Source: an uncultured bacterium
GTDB taxonomy: Bacteria > Chlamydiota > Chlamydiia > Chlamydiales > SM23-39
Direction of reading: 5' to 3'
Length of the DNA stretch: 41,580 nt
Assembly (NCBI GenBank): GCA_964405125.1
Contig: CAYOMT010000002.1
Location: 7,905-49,484, forward strand
Under the pieces are notes generated by a model. That model did not search any database. It saw nothing but the letters and a program-made list of their open reading frames with translations, and was not told the origin of the DNA. Positions 9,030 to 16,981 of the stretch are shown here, piece by piece. Made by a program: the position numbers and the translations under genes. Each line of letters opens with the position of its first letter. Within the stretch, counting starts at the first letter, position 1.

Positions 9030-9986
9030 TCAATAGGAGTTATACGAGTGGAATGAAATCGATTTTGTATAGGGGTTAAAATTTCCTTTCCCTTCGAGAA
9101 TAGGGGCGAGATCCCGTTTTCGGACAAAGGTGCTATCGTTGAAAAAATAGAGCTGGATAAAGCTATCGGGATAGAAAGATACGACAAATTGGGGGTAGCT
9201 TTCATTTTCTGCAAAAGCGGAAGCTTGGTTTTTATCCATTAAATCCATGACCGCCTGAAACCAGGGTCTGTGGTGAAGATTTTCGATGTGTTGCTTGAAG
9301 TGTCTGAGCTTGCTTTTTTCAAATAAGGTTGTATGGCTGACAAAAGAAAAGGGTCCTTTGGCTGCTTCTCCAATGAGCTTTTTATAAACATCCCGATAGG
9401 GCTGGTGGTATTCGTCGGAGCATTGGAAAATAGTTCGGCCTTTATACGTGTATGTCTGCGGGCGAATGAGGAGGGTATCTGTATCGATCACGAGGACATG
9501 CTCTGCCTCGCAAATTGTATCGCAGCTTAGTTTTAAGAATTGTTGGAAAAGCCAGCCTCTTCGATCGCATCCTCCGCACTCGGAAGGGAAGTAATGGATG
9601 TCTTTCATTTTAATTGGCAACACCGTGTTTTCATCGACGAAAATGCAGCCGAGTTCTTGCGCAAGAGAGATGATTTTAGGGGTGGGGGGAGCGACGATAT
9701 ATATATGGAGAATGGGGTGGAGGAGATTTTTTTTTGCAAAGGCAATTGTGTGGGGAATCATTTCCAAATCTTTTTCCACTGTCGGAATGAGGATGTCGAT
9801 GGGAATATCGCTCGGCTCAAATGGATAGAGAGTTTCAAAATCTTTTGAAAATTGTCTAATTTGCTCCAATCTTTTCTGATGATTCGAGGAAAATCCGTCG
9901 AGATGGGTCAGACGATACATTATATTCTCTGCGCCAAGACTCAGAGTGGTTAAAAATAAACAGGATAAAATCATTAATTTTTTCAT
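9030..9986 (-). CDS. Exported GT-A-like nucleotide-diphospho-sugar transferase (DUF6492-like)
   Basis: 318 aa. Leader is MKKLMILSCLFLTTLSLGA. A DxD-like motif occurs in VLVIDTDTLLIRP. RRGWLFQQFLKLS resembles the GW..QQ..KL motif I associate with DUF6492-type transferases. Confidence 0.45.
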   Translation of the reverse strand: MKKLMILSCLFLTTLSLGAENIMYRLTHLDGFSSNHQKRLEQIRQFSKDFETLYPFEPSDIPIDILIPTVEKDLEMIPHTIAFAKKNLLHPILHIYIVAPPTPKIISLAQELGCIFVDENTVLPIKMKDIHYFPSECGGCDRRGWLFQQFLKLSCDTICEAEHVLVIDTDTLLIRPQTYTYKGRTIFQCSDEYHQPYRDVYKKLIGEAAKGPFSFVSHTTLFEKSKLRHFKQHIENLHHRPWFQAVMDLMDKNQASAFAENESYPQFVVSFYPDSFIQLYFFNDSTFVRKRDLAPILEGKGNFNPYTKSISFHSYNSY

Positions 9987-9995
9987 TGAAAGACC

Positions 9996-11087
9996 TTAAA
10001 TTGAGAGATTATTAAGTTCGGATAAGACCATGATTTTTACGAGTTCCTCAAAAGAGGTTTTGGGCTCCCAATGAAGGGTTGTTTTTGCTTTTTCGGCATC
10101 GCCCAATACAAAATTTACATCTGTAGGGCGAAAGAAAACGGGGTTGATTTTTACGACAATCGATCCTGTTTTTTTATTGATCCCTACTTCATCGACTCCT
10201 TCGCCTTCCCATAGAATATCGATGCCGACTTGTTTGAAGGCGAGTTCGATAAATTCTCGGACGGAATGGCTTTTCCCTGTAGCAATCACGAAATCTTCGG
10301 GTTTTTCTTGCTGGAGCATAAGCCACATGGCTTCGACATAGTCTTTTGCATAGCCCCAGTCTCTTTGCGCATTTAAGTTGCCGAGATAACAAATTTCGGT
10401 CGATCCTTGGGAGATGCGGGCTGCGGCTCGGGCAATTTTTTTGGTGACAAAATTTTCTCCTCGGAGAGGGGATTCGTGGTTGAATAAAATGCCGCAGCAA
10501 GCAAAAAGGCCAAAGGCTTCTCGATAATTGATGGTCATCCAATGGGCGAAGAGTTTGGAAATTCCATAGGGAGCCCGAGGGTGGAAGGGGGTGGCTTCAG
10601 CCCTTGGATTTTCTTGAGAAAGGCCGAATAGCTCGCTTGTGGAGGCTTGATAAAACTTCACTTTGTCCACCAAGTTCAATTGCTTGATGGTTTCCAAAAT
10701 CCGCAAGGTTCCAAGGGCATTGATTTCGGCAGTGTATTCCGGCTGTTCAAAGGAGATGTGCACATGGCTTTGCGCTGCGAGATTATAAATCTCGTCTGGT
10801 TGAATTGTGCTGATGAGGGAGATGATTGTGCTTGTGTCGCTTAAATCTCCATTGTGAAGAAAAAATCTTCCCTGATTTGCCGGCTCGAGGCAGATGCGCT
10901 CGATATGGCAAGAGTGGTTGGAAGAATGTTTTCTTTTTACACCATGTACCTCGTAGCCTTTTTCGAGAAGAAATTCCGTCAGATACAATCCGTCTTGTCC
11001 CGTGGCGCCGAAGATCAATGCCTTCTTTGGTTCAGAAGGCTGAGCTATGAGTTGAAAAGCTGTAAGAAAAAAAAATAAATATCGCAT
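9996..11087 (-). CDS. gmd: GDP-mannose 4,6-dehydratase with a ~20-aa hydrophobic N-terminal extension
   Basis: Motifs: KKALIFGATGQDGLYLTEFLLEKGYEVHG, YQASTSELFG, and PYGISKLFAHWMTINYREAFGLFACCGILFNHESPLRGENFVTKK (classic Gmd block). The extension MRYLFFFLTAFQLIAQPSEP precedes the Rossmann motif. Confidence 0.92.
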   Translation of the reverse strand: MRYLFFFLTAFQLIAQPSEPKKALIFGATGQDGLYLTEFLLEKGYEVHGVKRKHSSNHSCHIERICLEPANQGRFFLHNGDLSDTSTIISLISTIQPDEIYNLAAQSHVHISFEQPEYTAEINALGTLRILETIKQLNLVDKVKFYQASTSELFGLSQENPRAEATPFHPRAPYGISKLFAHWMTINYREAFGLFACCGILFNHESPLRGENFVTKKIARAAARISQGSTEICYLGNLNAQRDWGYAKDYVEAMWLMLQQEKPEDFVIATGKSHSVREFIELAFKQVGIDILWEGEGVDEVGINKKTGSIVVKINPVFFRPTDVNFVLGDAEKAKTTLHWEPKTSFEELVKIMVLSELNNLSI

Positions 11088-11127
11088 GCCGGGAAAATGT
11101 AAGCTGGGAAATTTTTTTTTGCAAGAT

Positions 11128-12162
11128 TTATTTTTTATAAGGAGCCGCCTTGGAGAGAATCTGATGCATCCAATAATTGTGGGTCAGTTTTTCTCGATAT
11201 GCAGGATTTGTGGAGGCGTCTCCATATTGAGCCAGCCATTTTTCCATGTTTTGCGGTGTGATTTCAGACCAATCTTGGACGATGACGACAGGAAGACCTT
11301 CATAAAGGGGATCGAGCGGAGATGTTTTGACAATGACAATGCAACCCAAGATGAGATCCTCCCAAGTGCGGTGGCAATCCAAGCCGTTTCCGTGAGGACT
11401 AATAGAGAAAGCATATTGGCCTTTGATTTGCCATAGAGAGGATCTTTTTACCCATTTTCCATGGTGAATGAGCCCGGTATGCAAAAGGCGGGAAAAAATA
11501 GTTGTCCGATCCTCTCCAAACTGAAGATGGCGTCTATGTTCTCCATCTCGCATGCTGTCGGAAAACTGAAAATCGACAAACGCCATTTTTTTTCGAAGGT
11601 AAGTTGGCGGAGATTTTTGAAAAGTGTGTTTCAATAAAGATTCTTGTTCGAGAGGGGATCCAATCTCGCCCCATCCTCCCTGAGGTCCTTTGTAGGCAAT
11701 TGTATGAAAATCGAGCCCGATGGGGAAGTGAGTGACTTTTGGGTGTTTTCCTTTGATATCGCAATTTTGCGCGAAGATATGAATGACTCTTTCGTCAGAG
11801 AGGAATTTTTCTAGACACTCTTCGGTCAATCCCGATTGGGAAGGAAAGGATTCATCCCCATCGTTGATCAATAAAACGAAGGGGGCGGTTATGTTTGGAA
11901 GGACTTGATGATAGAAATGGGAGACAAAACGACACTGGAGCCAAATGATATCGCCGCTTTGAATCGGCTCATAAACATATTTGGGGAAGAGGGGAGAATA
12001 ATTTGTCTCAAAAAATTGAACAGGATTTGTTTTTGTCCATTTGTCACAGAAAGGGAGGATGCCGCAATTCCAAATGAAATCGGTTTTTTCCCAAGAGTTT
12101 TTCCGAAAATCTCGGCAATAAAGGTTTGAAAAAAGGCAAAGAGCAAAAAATAGAATTCTCAT
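11128..12162 (-). CDS. Exported exostosin-like (GT47-like C-terminal motif) glycosyltransferase, paralog of 28507..29385
   Basis: The track ORF extends to 12429. I use the ATG at 12160-12162, which overlaps the upstream stop as ATGA and gives the leader MRILFFALCLFSNLYC. The C-terminal block ISPHGNGLDCHRTWEDLILGCIVIVKTSPLDPLYEGLPVVIVQDWSEIT resembles the exostosin P.G....S.R..EA...GCIPV motif. Confidence 0.45.
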   Translation of the reverse strand: MRILFFALCLFSNLYCRDFRKNSWEKTDFIWNCGILPFCDKWTKTNPVQFFETNYSPLFPKYVYEPIQSGDIIWLQCRFVSHFYHQVLPNITAPFVLLINDGDESFPSQSGLTEECLEKFLSDERVIHIFAQNCDIKGKHPKVTHFPIGLDFHTIAYKGPQGGWGEIGSPLEQESLLKHTFQKSPPTYLRKKMAFVDFQFSDSMRDGEHRRHLQFGEDRTTIFSRLLHTGLIHHGKWVKRSSLWQIKGQYAFSISPHGNGLDCHRTWEDLILGCIVIVKTSPLDPLYEGLPVVIVQDWSEITPQNMEKWLAQYGDASTNPAYREKLTHNYWMHQILSKAAPYKK

Positions 12163-13061
12163 TTTCTTAAAGACTCCTTCTGTGTTTGAAGTAGGCCTGC
12201 AACAGTTACATGTACATAATCCCATCCATTCGGGAACTTTCCTTCTTTTTTGGCCTTTGTAAGGAAATTGAGAGAGCGGAAGGTGAAAAGTTCTGGATGG
12301 CGGAGGAGGATGTCTATGAATTCGCGATCGAGCACATCTGCTTTTTTCCCCCGTGCATAGTATCCATTTGGGCTCACTCGGTGTAGGTAGCAATGATCTT
12401 TTAAATAGGCAATCGGGAATCCATGGCATGCTTGCTCAAGCCCGAAATAAAATGTATCTAAAACATATAAATGGGAGTATCCGCCGACAGCATCAAAACT
12501 TTTGCGCGTGAAGAGGTAATTGCCGGAGGCGCAAGGGTGATTGCAGGTTTTTACGATATCAGAGGCGGTATACCTACCTTCGGGGGCCGAGAACTCCCAG
12601 GAGTTTGTCAATTTTAGGTTGCCTTCGAAAAATTGGAGTATCGCAAAGCACGCCGCATCGACTTTTTCTTCATCTAAAAAATCAATGAGATCTTGGATGT
12701 CGTTTGGGTTTGCCAGCAGATTGTCCGAGTCGAGACAAAAGATGAGATCCCCTTGAGAATTTTTGACGCAAGTATTTCGGGCAGGCCCCCCGCCTTGATT
12801 TTCTCGATGCTGAAGAACTTTCATTTCCGGATGCTCTTCTTTGATTTTTAAAAGGAGCTCATAGGTATGGTCTATCGAACCATCGTCTGTGCAGATCAGC
12901 TCAAAGGGGACTTTTAAGTTTTGCCGAAAAATGGATTCGATCGACTCTTCTACAGTTTTTTCGCAGTTGTAACAGGGCATAATGAAAGAAAGGAAATGGG
13001 TTTCTTCCCCAGCAAGCAGGGGCAAGGCAAAACCGAAGAAGATTTGGATCCATCTCTTCAT
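12159..13061 (-). CDS. Family 2 glycosyltransferase (GT2) with an N-terminal leader
   Basis: Motifs: LSFIMPCYNCEKTVEESIESIFRQ, ELICTDDGSIDHT, GGGPARNTCV, and LIFCLDSDNLL (DxD). The start is either ATG 13061 (MKRWIQIFFGFALPLLAG, ATGA overlap with the upstream stop) or ATG 13076. Confidence 0.85.
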   Translation of the reverse strand: MKRWIQIFFGFALPLLAGEETHFLSFIMPCYNCEKTVEESIESIFRQNLKVPFELICTDDGSIDHTYELLLKIKEEHPEMKVLQHRENQGGGPARNTCVKNSQGDLIFCLDSDNLLANPNDIQDLIDFLDEEKVDAACFAILQFFEGNLKLTNSWEFSAPEGRYTASDIVKTCNHPCASGNYLFTRKSFDAVGGYSHLYVLDTFYFGLEQACHGFPIAYLKDHCYLHRVSPNGYYARGKKADVLDREFIDILLRHPELFTFRSLNFLTKAKKEGKFPNGWDYVHVTVAGLLQTQKESLRK

Positions 13062-13717
13062 TTGTAAACAGCCCATAATTTATACCCTGAATTGGAAGTG
13101 AGAAAAAAAACTGTTTTATTTTGAGAGGAGAAAAAGTGATTTACGGCATCTGCGACAGGCTCCATCCAGTAATCATCTCCGATCATGAGACAACCTGTTT
13201 TCAATTTCGGAAGCCATGCAGATAGATCGGCGATGACAGCCTCGTAACGATGATCCCCGTCGACGAAGATGCAATCGATGGATTCATCGGGAAAGGCATC
13301 TGCGGCAACGGTAGAAAACTCTCTCAGTAAACAGCACCTTTCTTCAAAAGGTTTGAGACGAACCTCTTTGACCCACTTATAGAGATAGTCGAAATTCTCT
13401 TGGCCTTTCAGCCCGCTGTAGCTCTCTACATCTTTAGAAAAGCCGTCATTCGGGTCATAGGCGTATAGATAAGGATCGATTCCAAAATAGGTTTTTATCT
13501 CGGTGTTCTGAAGGAGGGTTTCCGCATGGCCTCCTAAAGCAACTCCAATTTCTACGATATTTTGATATCCTTTTTGGCGGATGATCTTGGGTAAAACATC
13601 GTAATAAATACTGGGCCAGCTATTGGTCTCTATGTGCCTTTCTATTCCTCGCAAAACTTCATCGGGAATAGAAGCGAATAGGAAAATAGGAAAAAAGAGA
13701 AGCCGAAATAAAATCAT
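13058..13717 (-). CDS. Class I SAM-dependent methyltransferase (Methyltransf_24/O-MT-like) with a leader
   Basis: IVEIGVALGGHAETLL (motif I), IDCIFVDGDHRYEAV, and GCLMIGDDY. Leader is MILFRLLFFPIFLFAS. ATGA overlap with the upstream gene at 13714-13717. Confidence 0.7.
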   Translation of the reverse strand: MILFRLLFFPIFLFASIPDEVLRGIERHIETNSWPSIYYDVLPKIIRQKGYQNIVEIGVALGGHAETLLQNTEIKTYFGIDPYLYAYDPNDGFSKDVESYSGLKGQENFDYLYKWVKEVRLKPFEERCCLLREFSTVAADAFPDESIDCIFVDGDHRYEAVIADLSAWLPKLKTGCLMIGDDYWMEPVADAVNHFFSSQNKTVFFLTSNSGYKLWAVYK

Positions 13718-14760
13718 GGCTCTCCCAAGAAAAGGTTCAGTTGTTCTTCAATCCAAGGGTATAGTTTTTGCAAACCGGATTCTAAGGTCATAGAGGGCTC
13801 CCAGTTGAGCGCTTCTCGAATGAGGGCGTTGTCCGATTTTCTCCCGCGGACGCCTTCAGGACCCTGGATGTTTTGAATGTAAATGTGTTTGCCTGCAATC
13901 TTTGCAATCAGATAAGCGAGATCGTTGATTCCGATCATTTCTTCGGAGCCGACATTCAAAATGGGCGGTTTTTTTTCGGCAAGAAGGATCCTTCTTATTC
14001 CTTCGATACATTCATCGATGTAGAGAAAAGAGCGCGTCTGATCTCCTTTGCCCCAGATCTCTATCGTCCCTCCCTCTTTTGCCGCTGCAATTTTGCGGCA
14101 TAAAGCTGCGGGGGCTTTTTCCCGGCCGCCTTGCCATGTCCCTTGGGGGCCAAAAATATTATGAAATCGGGCGATGCGGACATCCATTCCGTAATCTTTA
14201 GCATAGGCTTGGTAAAGGCGTTCGCTAAAAAGTTTTTCCCAGCCGTATTCTGTGTCGGGATCGGCTGGATAGGCAGAATTTTCTGCACACTTAGGATTGT
14301 CCGGACTCAGCTGATTGTAAAGAGGATAGATGCAAGCAGAAGAGGAGTAGAATGTTTTATCTACCCCAATTTGGCGGCATTTTTCCAATACGTTTAAGTT
14401 AATTAAAGCAGAATCATGCATGATTTCTGCATCGTGGCAAGAGATAAATCCCATGCCCCCCATGTTTGCAGCAAGCTGGCAAACCTCATTGATAGGCCCT
14501 GGAAGATTTGAAAAGGCTTTTTCCACCTCTTCTAGATACCGAAGATCCGCGATGATGAATTCATCGGCAGAGGTAGGGCCGAATTCGGGGTATTTAAGAT
14601 CTATGCCTCTCACCCAATATCCTTCTTCTTTATATCGCTCAACAAGGTGATAGCCAATAAATCCGCCGGCCCCGCAAACAATGGCAGTTTTTTGGGTCGG
14701 AGTCGCAAATGTGGTTGTCCAGATTCCAAGGAGGATAAAAAAAACAAATTTATTAATCAT
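13714..14760 (-). CDS. GDP-mannose 3,5-epimerase (plant GME-type SDR) with an N-terminal leader
   Basis: Motifs: AIVCGAGGFIGYHL, LAANMGGMGFI, FYSSSACIYP, and RFHNIFGPQGTWQGGREKAPAALCRKI. These closely parallel the plant GME blocks (..ADMGGMGFI.., ..RFHNIYGP.GTWKGGREKAPAAFCRK..). Leader is MINKFVFFILLGIWTTTFA. No in-frame ATG, GTG or TTG lies between the leader and the Rossmann motif. Confidence 0.8.
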   Translation of the reverse strand: MINKFVFFILLGIWTTTFATPTQKTAIVCGAGGFIGYHLVERYKEEGYWVRGIDLKYPEFGPTSADEFIIADLRYLEEVEKAFSNLPGPINEVCQLAANMGGMGFISCHDAEIMHDSALINLNVLEKCRQIGVDKTFYSSSACIYPLYNQLSPDNPKCAENSAYPADPDTEYGWEKLFSERLYQAYAKDYGMDVRIARFHNIFGPQGTWQGGREKAPAALCRKIAAAKEGGTIEIWGKGDQTRSFLYIDECIEGIRRILLAEKKPPILNVGSEEMIGINDLAYLIAKIAGKHIYIQNIQGPEGVRGRKSDNALIREALNWEPSMTLESGLQKLYPWIEEQLNLFLGEP

Positions 14761-14772
14761 TATTTTGTCCGA

Positions 14773-15930
14773 TTATTGTTTTTCGTAATTAAAAAGATTT
14801 CCGTATTTTTCTTGCAGTAGATGGATGACTTCTTCTGTATCGCGGATCGTAACAGGTTTTCCAGATTCGGCGACGTGTTTTGCGACTTCTACTTTCTGAG
14901 AAGCTTCGATGATTTTCACGGGGCAATTTGGTTTGTAGGAGACATCTTCAAAGATGTATTCCTCGAGATTTTGTTCTAAGAGCTTTTTTGCCATGTAGAT
15001 AGCGTGCAAATCATTGACCTCGTCTGTCGCTTTGAAGAGGAGGGGGTTGATTTCTTTGAGCGCTGCATAACGGGAGAGCCCTCGGTTATCTCGAGTGAAG
15101 CAAGGGCCTCCAAACCCAAATCCGGGGAGAAGGCATTTGGATCCCACTCTTTGATCCTTTCCTATGGCATCTAAGATAGCTACTTTATCAGCGCCGGGAG
15201 TTTCTTCTGCAATATCGCCAATTAAATTCGCGAATGCGATTTTTGCTGTGACAAAGCAATTCAAGCCAAGTTTTGCAATTTCTGCGCTTTCTACAGACAT
15301 GCGAGCAATGTGAGGCGTGTTTAAGCAAACCGATTCATAAACAGTTTGCAGGAAGTCTCCCGCTTCTATAGAACCCTCTCCAATGAGGACCATATCCGGA
15401 TTTCTCAGCCCATTGATGATGGCTCCTTGAGCGATGAAGGGAGGATTGTAGCTAATGTCGATATTTTCACAGTCTTTGAGTAGATTCCAGGCGGTGTTTC
15501 TGACATAGCCAGGAAATAAAGTAGAGCAAATCACGATTCTTTTATTGGAAATTTTGAAAGAATTGATCTCTGTCAGAAGCTTTGAAAGAGCTGTAAAATC
15601 GTAGCCATCGACTCCTGTTGTCGTGGAAACTAAGATAAAATAAGAATCGGAAAATGCGAGGCCTTCTTCTAGAGAAGTTGTCGCTTTGAAATGGTGGCTT
15701 GTCTCTAGATAATCATTGATATAGGGTTCTGGAGAATGGAGCGTCTTGGTGTTGAGTTTAGAAACGTATTCTGAAGAGACATCGACTCCCAAAACGTTGT
15801 AACCTGCTTTTTCCAAGCTCAACGCTAAAGAAAGTCCGAGACGTCCGATTCCAATCACAGTTAGATTTTCGGCGAAAACAACGGAAAAAAAACACACAAA
15901 AATTAATAAAAATTTAGAATAATTTATCAT
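14773..15930 (-). CDS. UDP-glucose/GDP-mannose dehydrogenase family nucleotide-sugar dehydrogenase with an N-terminal leader
   Basis: Rossmann motif LTVIGIGRLGLSLALSLEKAGYNVLGVD. Catalytic Cys block GFGFGGPCFTRDN. 385 aa. Leader is MINYSKFLLIFVCFFSVVFA. First gene of the 7-gene minus-strand operon 15930->9030. Confidence 0.8.
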   Translation of the reverse strand: MINYSKFLLIFVCFFSVVFAENLTVIGIGRLGLSLALSLEKAGYNVLGVDVSSEYVSKLNTKTLHSPEPYINDYLETSHHFKATTSLEEGLAFSDSYFILVSTTTGVDGYDFTALSKLLTEINSFKISNKRIVICSTLFPGYVRNTAWNLLKDCENIDISYNPPFIAQGAIINGLRNPDMVLIGEGSIEAGDFLQTVYESVCLNTPHIARMSVESAEIAKLGLNCFVTAKIAFANLIGDIAEETPGADKVAILDAIGKDQRVGSKCLLPGFGFGGPCFTRDNRGLSRYAALKEINPLLFKATDEVNDLHAIYMAKKLLEQNLEEYIFEDVSYKPNCPVKIIEASQKVEVAKHVAESGKPVTIRDTEEVIHLLQEKYGNLFNYEKQ

Positions 15931-16052
15931 AAAATCCTTTGTTTTATATTAAAAATGAACCAAAGCGCAGGGAGAAATTTTCTCTCCGGTTGATTTTTGA
16001 AATTTTTCATATGGCAGTTGATCGTAAAGAAGGTTTGGAATAAGTGCAATAA

Positions 16053-16096
16053 TTTTATTGAATCGCAAGAGGGATAGCTCTGGAGATTCAATAAAA
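16053..16096. promoter_or_regulatory. 11-bp perfect inverted repeat in the divergent promoter region 15931-16167
   Basis: TTTTATTGAAT (16053-16063) and ATTCAATAAAA (16086-16096) are separated by 22 nt, within the 237-nt divergent intergenic region. The AT-rich context lowers its significance. Confidence 0.3.
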
Positions 16097-16167
16097 AAAT
16101 GATTGTGGGTAATTTTTCTCTCGAGTAGGATGCACTGTCATACACAAAAATTTTTGTAGGAGATGTT

Positions 16168-16977
16168 ATGCGGATTGCGCTTCTTAGTCTTTGTTTGGGT
16201 GTTTCTCTTTTTGCAGTGAATGATGAGGCGCAAAGCCTTGTGAGACATAGCCGCACTATGCAAGATACCGGGAATCAAGCGCCGACGCCTTATTATTATT
16301 TTGGAATGCCTTCGGAGAGTCTTTCTATCGCATCTCGTTTTTTACCCGATAATCCGGTGGTTGTAGTTGGGGGCGCTTTCAATGGAAGAGAGAGTTCCGC
16401 CATCGCCCATTTCTGGCCGAGAGGGCATGTTCATGCGTTTGAGCCGGTGAAGCAAATTTATGAGGTTCTTGTCGCGAATACAAAATCGATCCGAAACATC
16501 ACTCCGTATAGAGCAGCTTTAGGGAACCAAGTCGGATCTCAATTGATTTATCTTTCGACAGAATACGAGGATTTAAATCACATTTCCATGTCGAGTTCTC
16601 TTTTGCCTCCAAAAGAGCATCTCCTTTATTCCGGAACTTTATTTCAAGGAGGAGAACTTGTCTCGGTGACTACGCTCGATGCTTGGGCGAAAGAAAAAAT
16701 GGTCGATCAAGTCGATATGCTTTGGCTCGATATGCAAGGATTTGAGCTGCCGGCTTTGAAAGAAGGGCTCCAAGTGCTTTCCAAGGTTTCCGTAGTTTTA
16801 ACAGAGCTAGAATTTGTCGAAGCCTATGAAAATCAACCCCTTTACCGCGAGGTAAAATCTTGGCTCGAAGAACAAGGTTTTGTGCTGATTGCAGGCAATT
16901 TTACTTTCCCCAAAGCGCCGAATCAATGGTTTGGCGACGGAGTTTTTGTTCGAAAAGAACTTCTCGGAATCAGGTGA
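16168..16977 (+). CDS. FkbM-family methyltransferase with a leader
   Basis: Motifs: VVVVGGAFNGRESS, HVHAFEPVKQIYEVLVAN, YRAALGNQVGS, and VDMLWLDMQGFELPALKEG (FkbM-type ..D.EG.E..L.G). Leader is MRIALLSLCLGVSLFA. A TAGGAGA Shine-Dalgarno sequence lies upstream. Confidence 0.8.
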   Translation: MRIALLSLCLGVSLFAVNDEAQSLVRHSRTMQDTGNQAPTPYYYFGMPSESLSIASRFLPDNPVVVVGGAFNGRESSAIAHFWPRGHVHAFEPVKQIYEVLVANTKSIRNITPYRAALGNQVGSQLIYLSTEYEDLNHISMSSSLLPPKEHLLYSGTLFQGGELVSVTTLDAWAKEKMVDQVDMLWLDMQGFELPALKEGLQVLSKVSVVLTELEFVEAYENQPLYREVKSWLEEQGFVLIAGNFTFPKAPNQWFGDGVFVRKELLGIR

Positions 16978-16981
16978 TCCT

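Noticed and set aside
8978-9214. 78-aa minus-strand ORF covering the GC-rich hairpin.
   Set aside because: It lies in an alternative frame over the 3' end of 9030..9986. Its C-terminal GEGGHPLPYPP merely translates the G/C-run hairpin.
10189-10542. 117-aa Arg-rich minus-strand ORF within gmd.
   Set aside because: It is out of frame with the strongly supported Gmd reading frame, and its composition (R/P/S/C) is typical of an off-frame translation.
12163-12429. 89-codon N-terminal extension of ORF 11128..12429 (MPWIPDCLFK...).
   Set aside because: The extension overlaps the 3' end of the GT2 gene in another frame and is Arg/Pro/Cys-rich. The internal ATG at 12160-12162 gives an ATGA stop/start overlap and a leader like all other island proteins.
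15927-16256. 109-aa minus-strand ORF spanning the divergent intergenic region.
   Set aside because: It overlaps the start of the FkbM gene at 16168 on the opposite strand and runs through AT-rich promoter DNA. It has no motif or ribosome-binding context.
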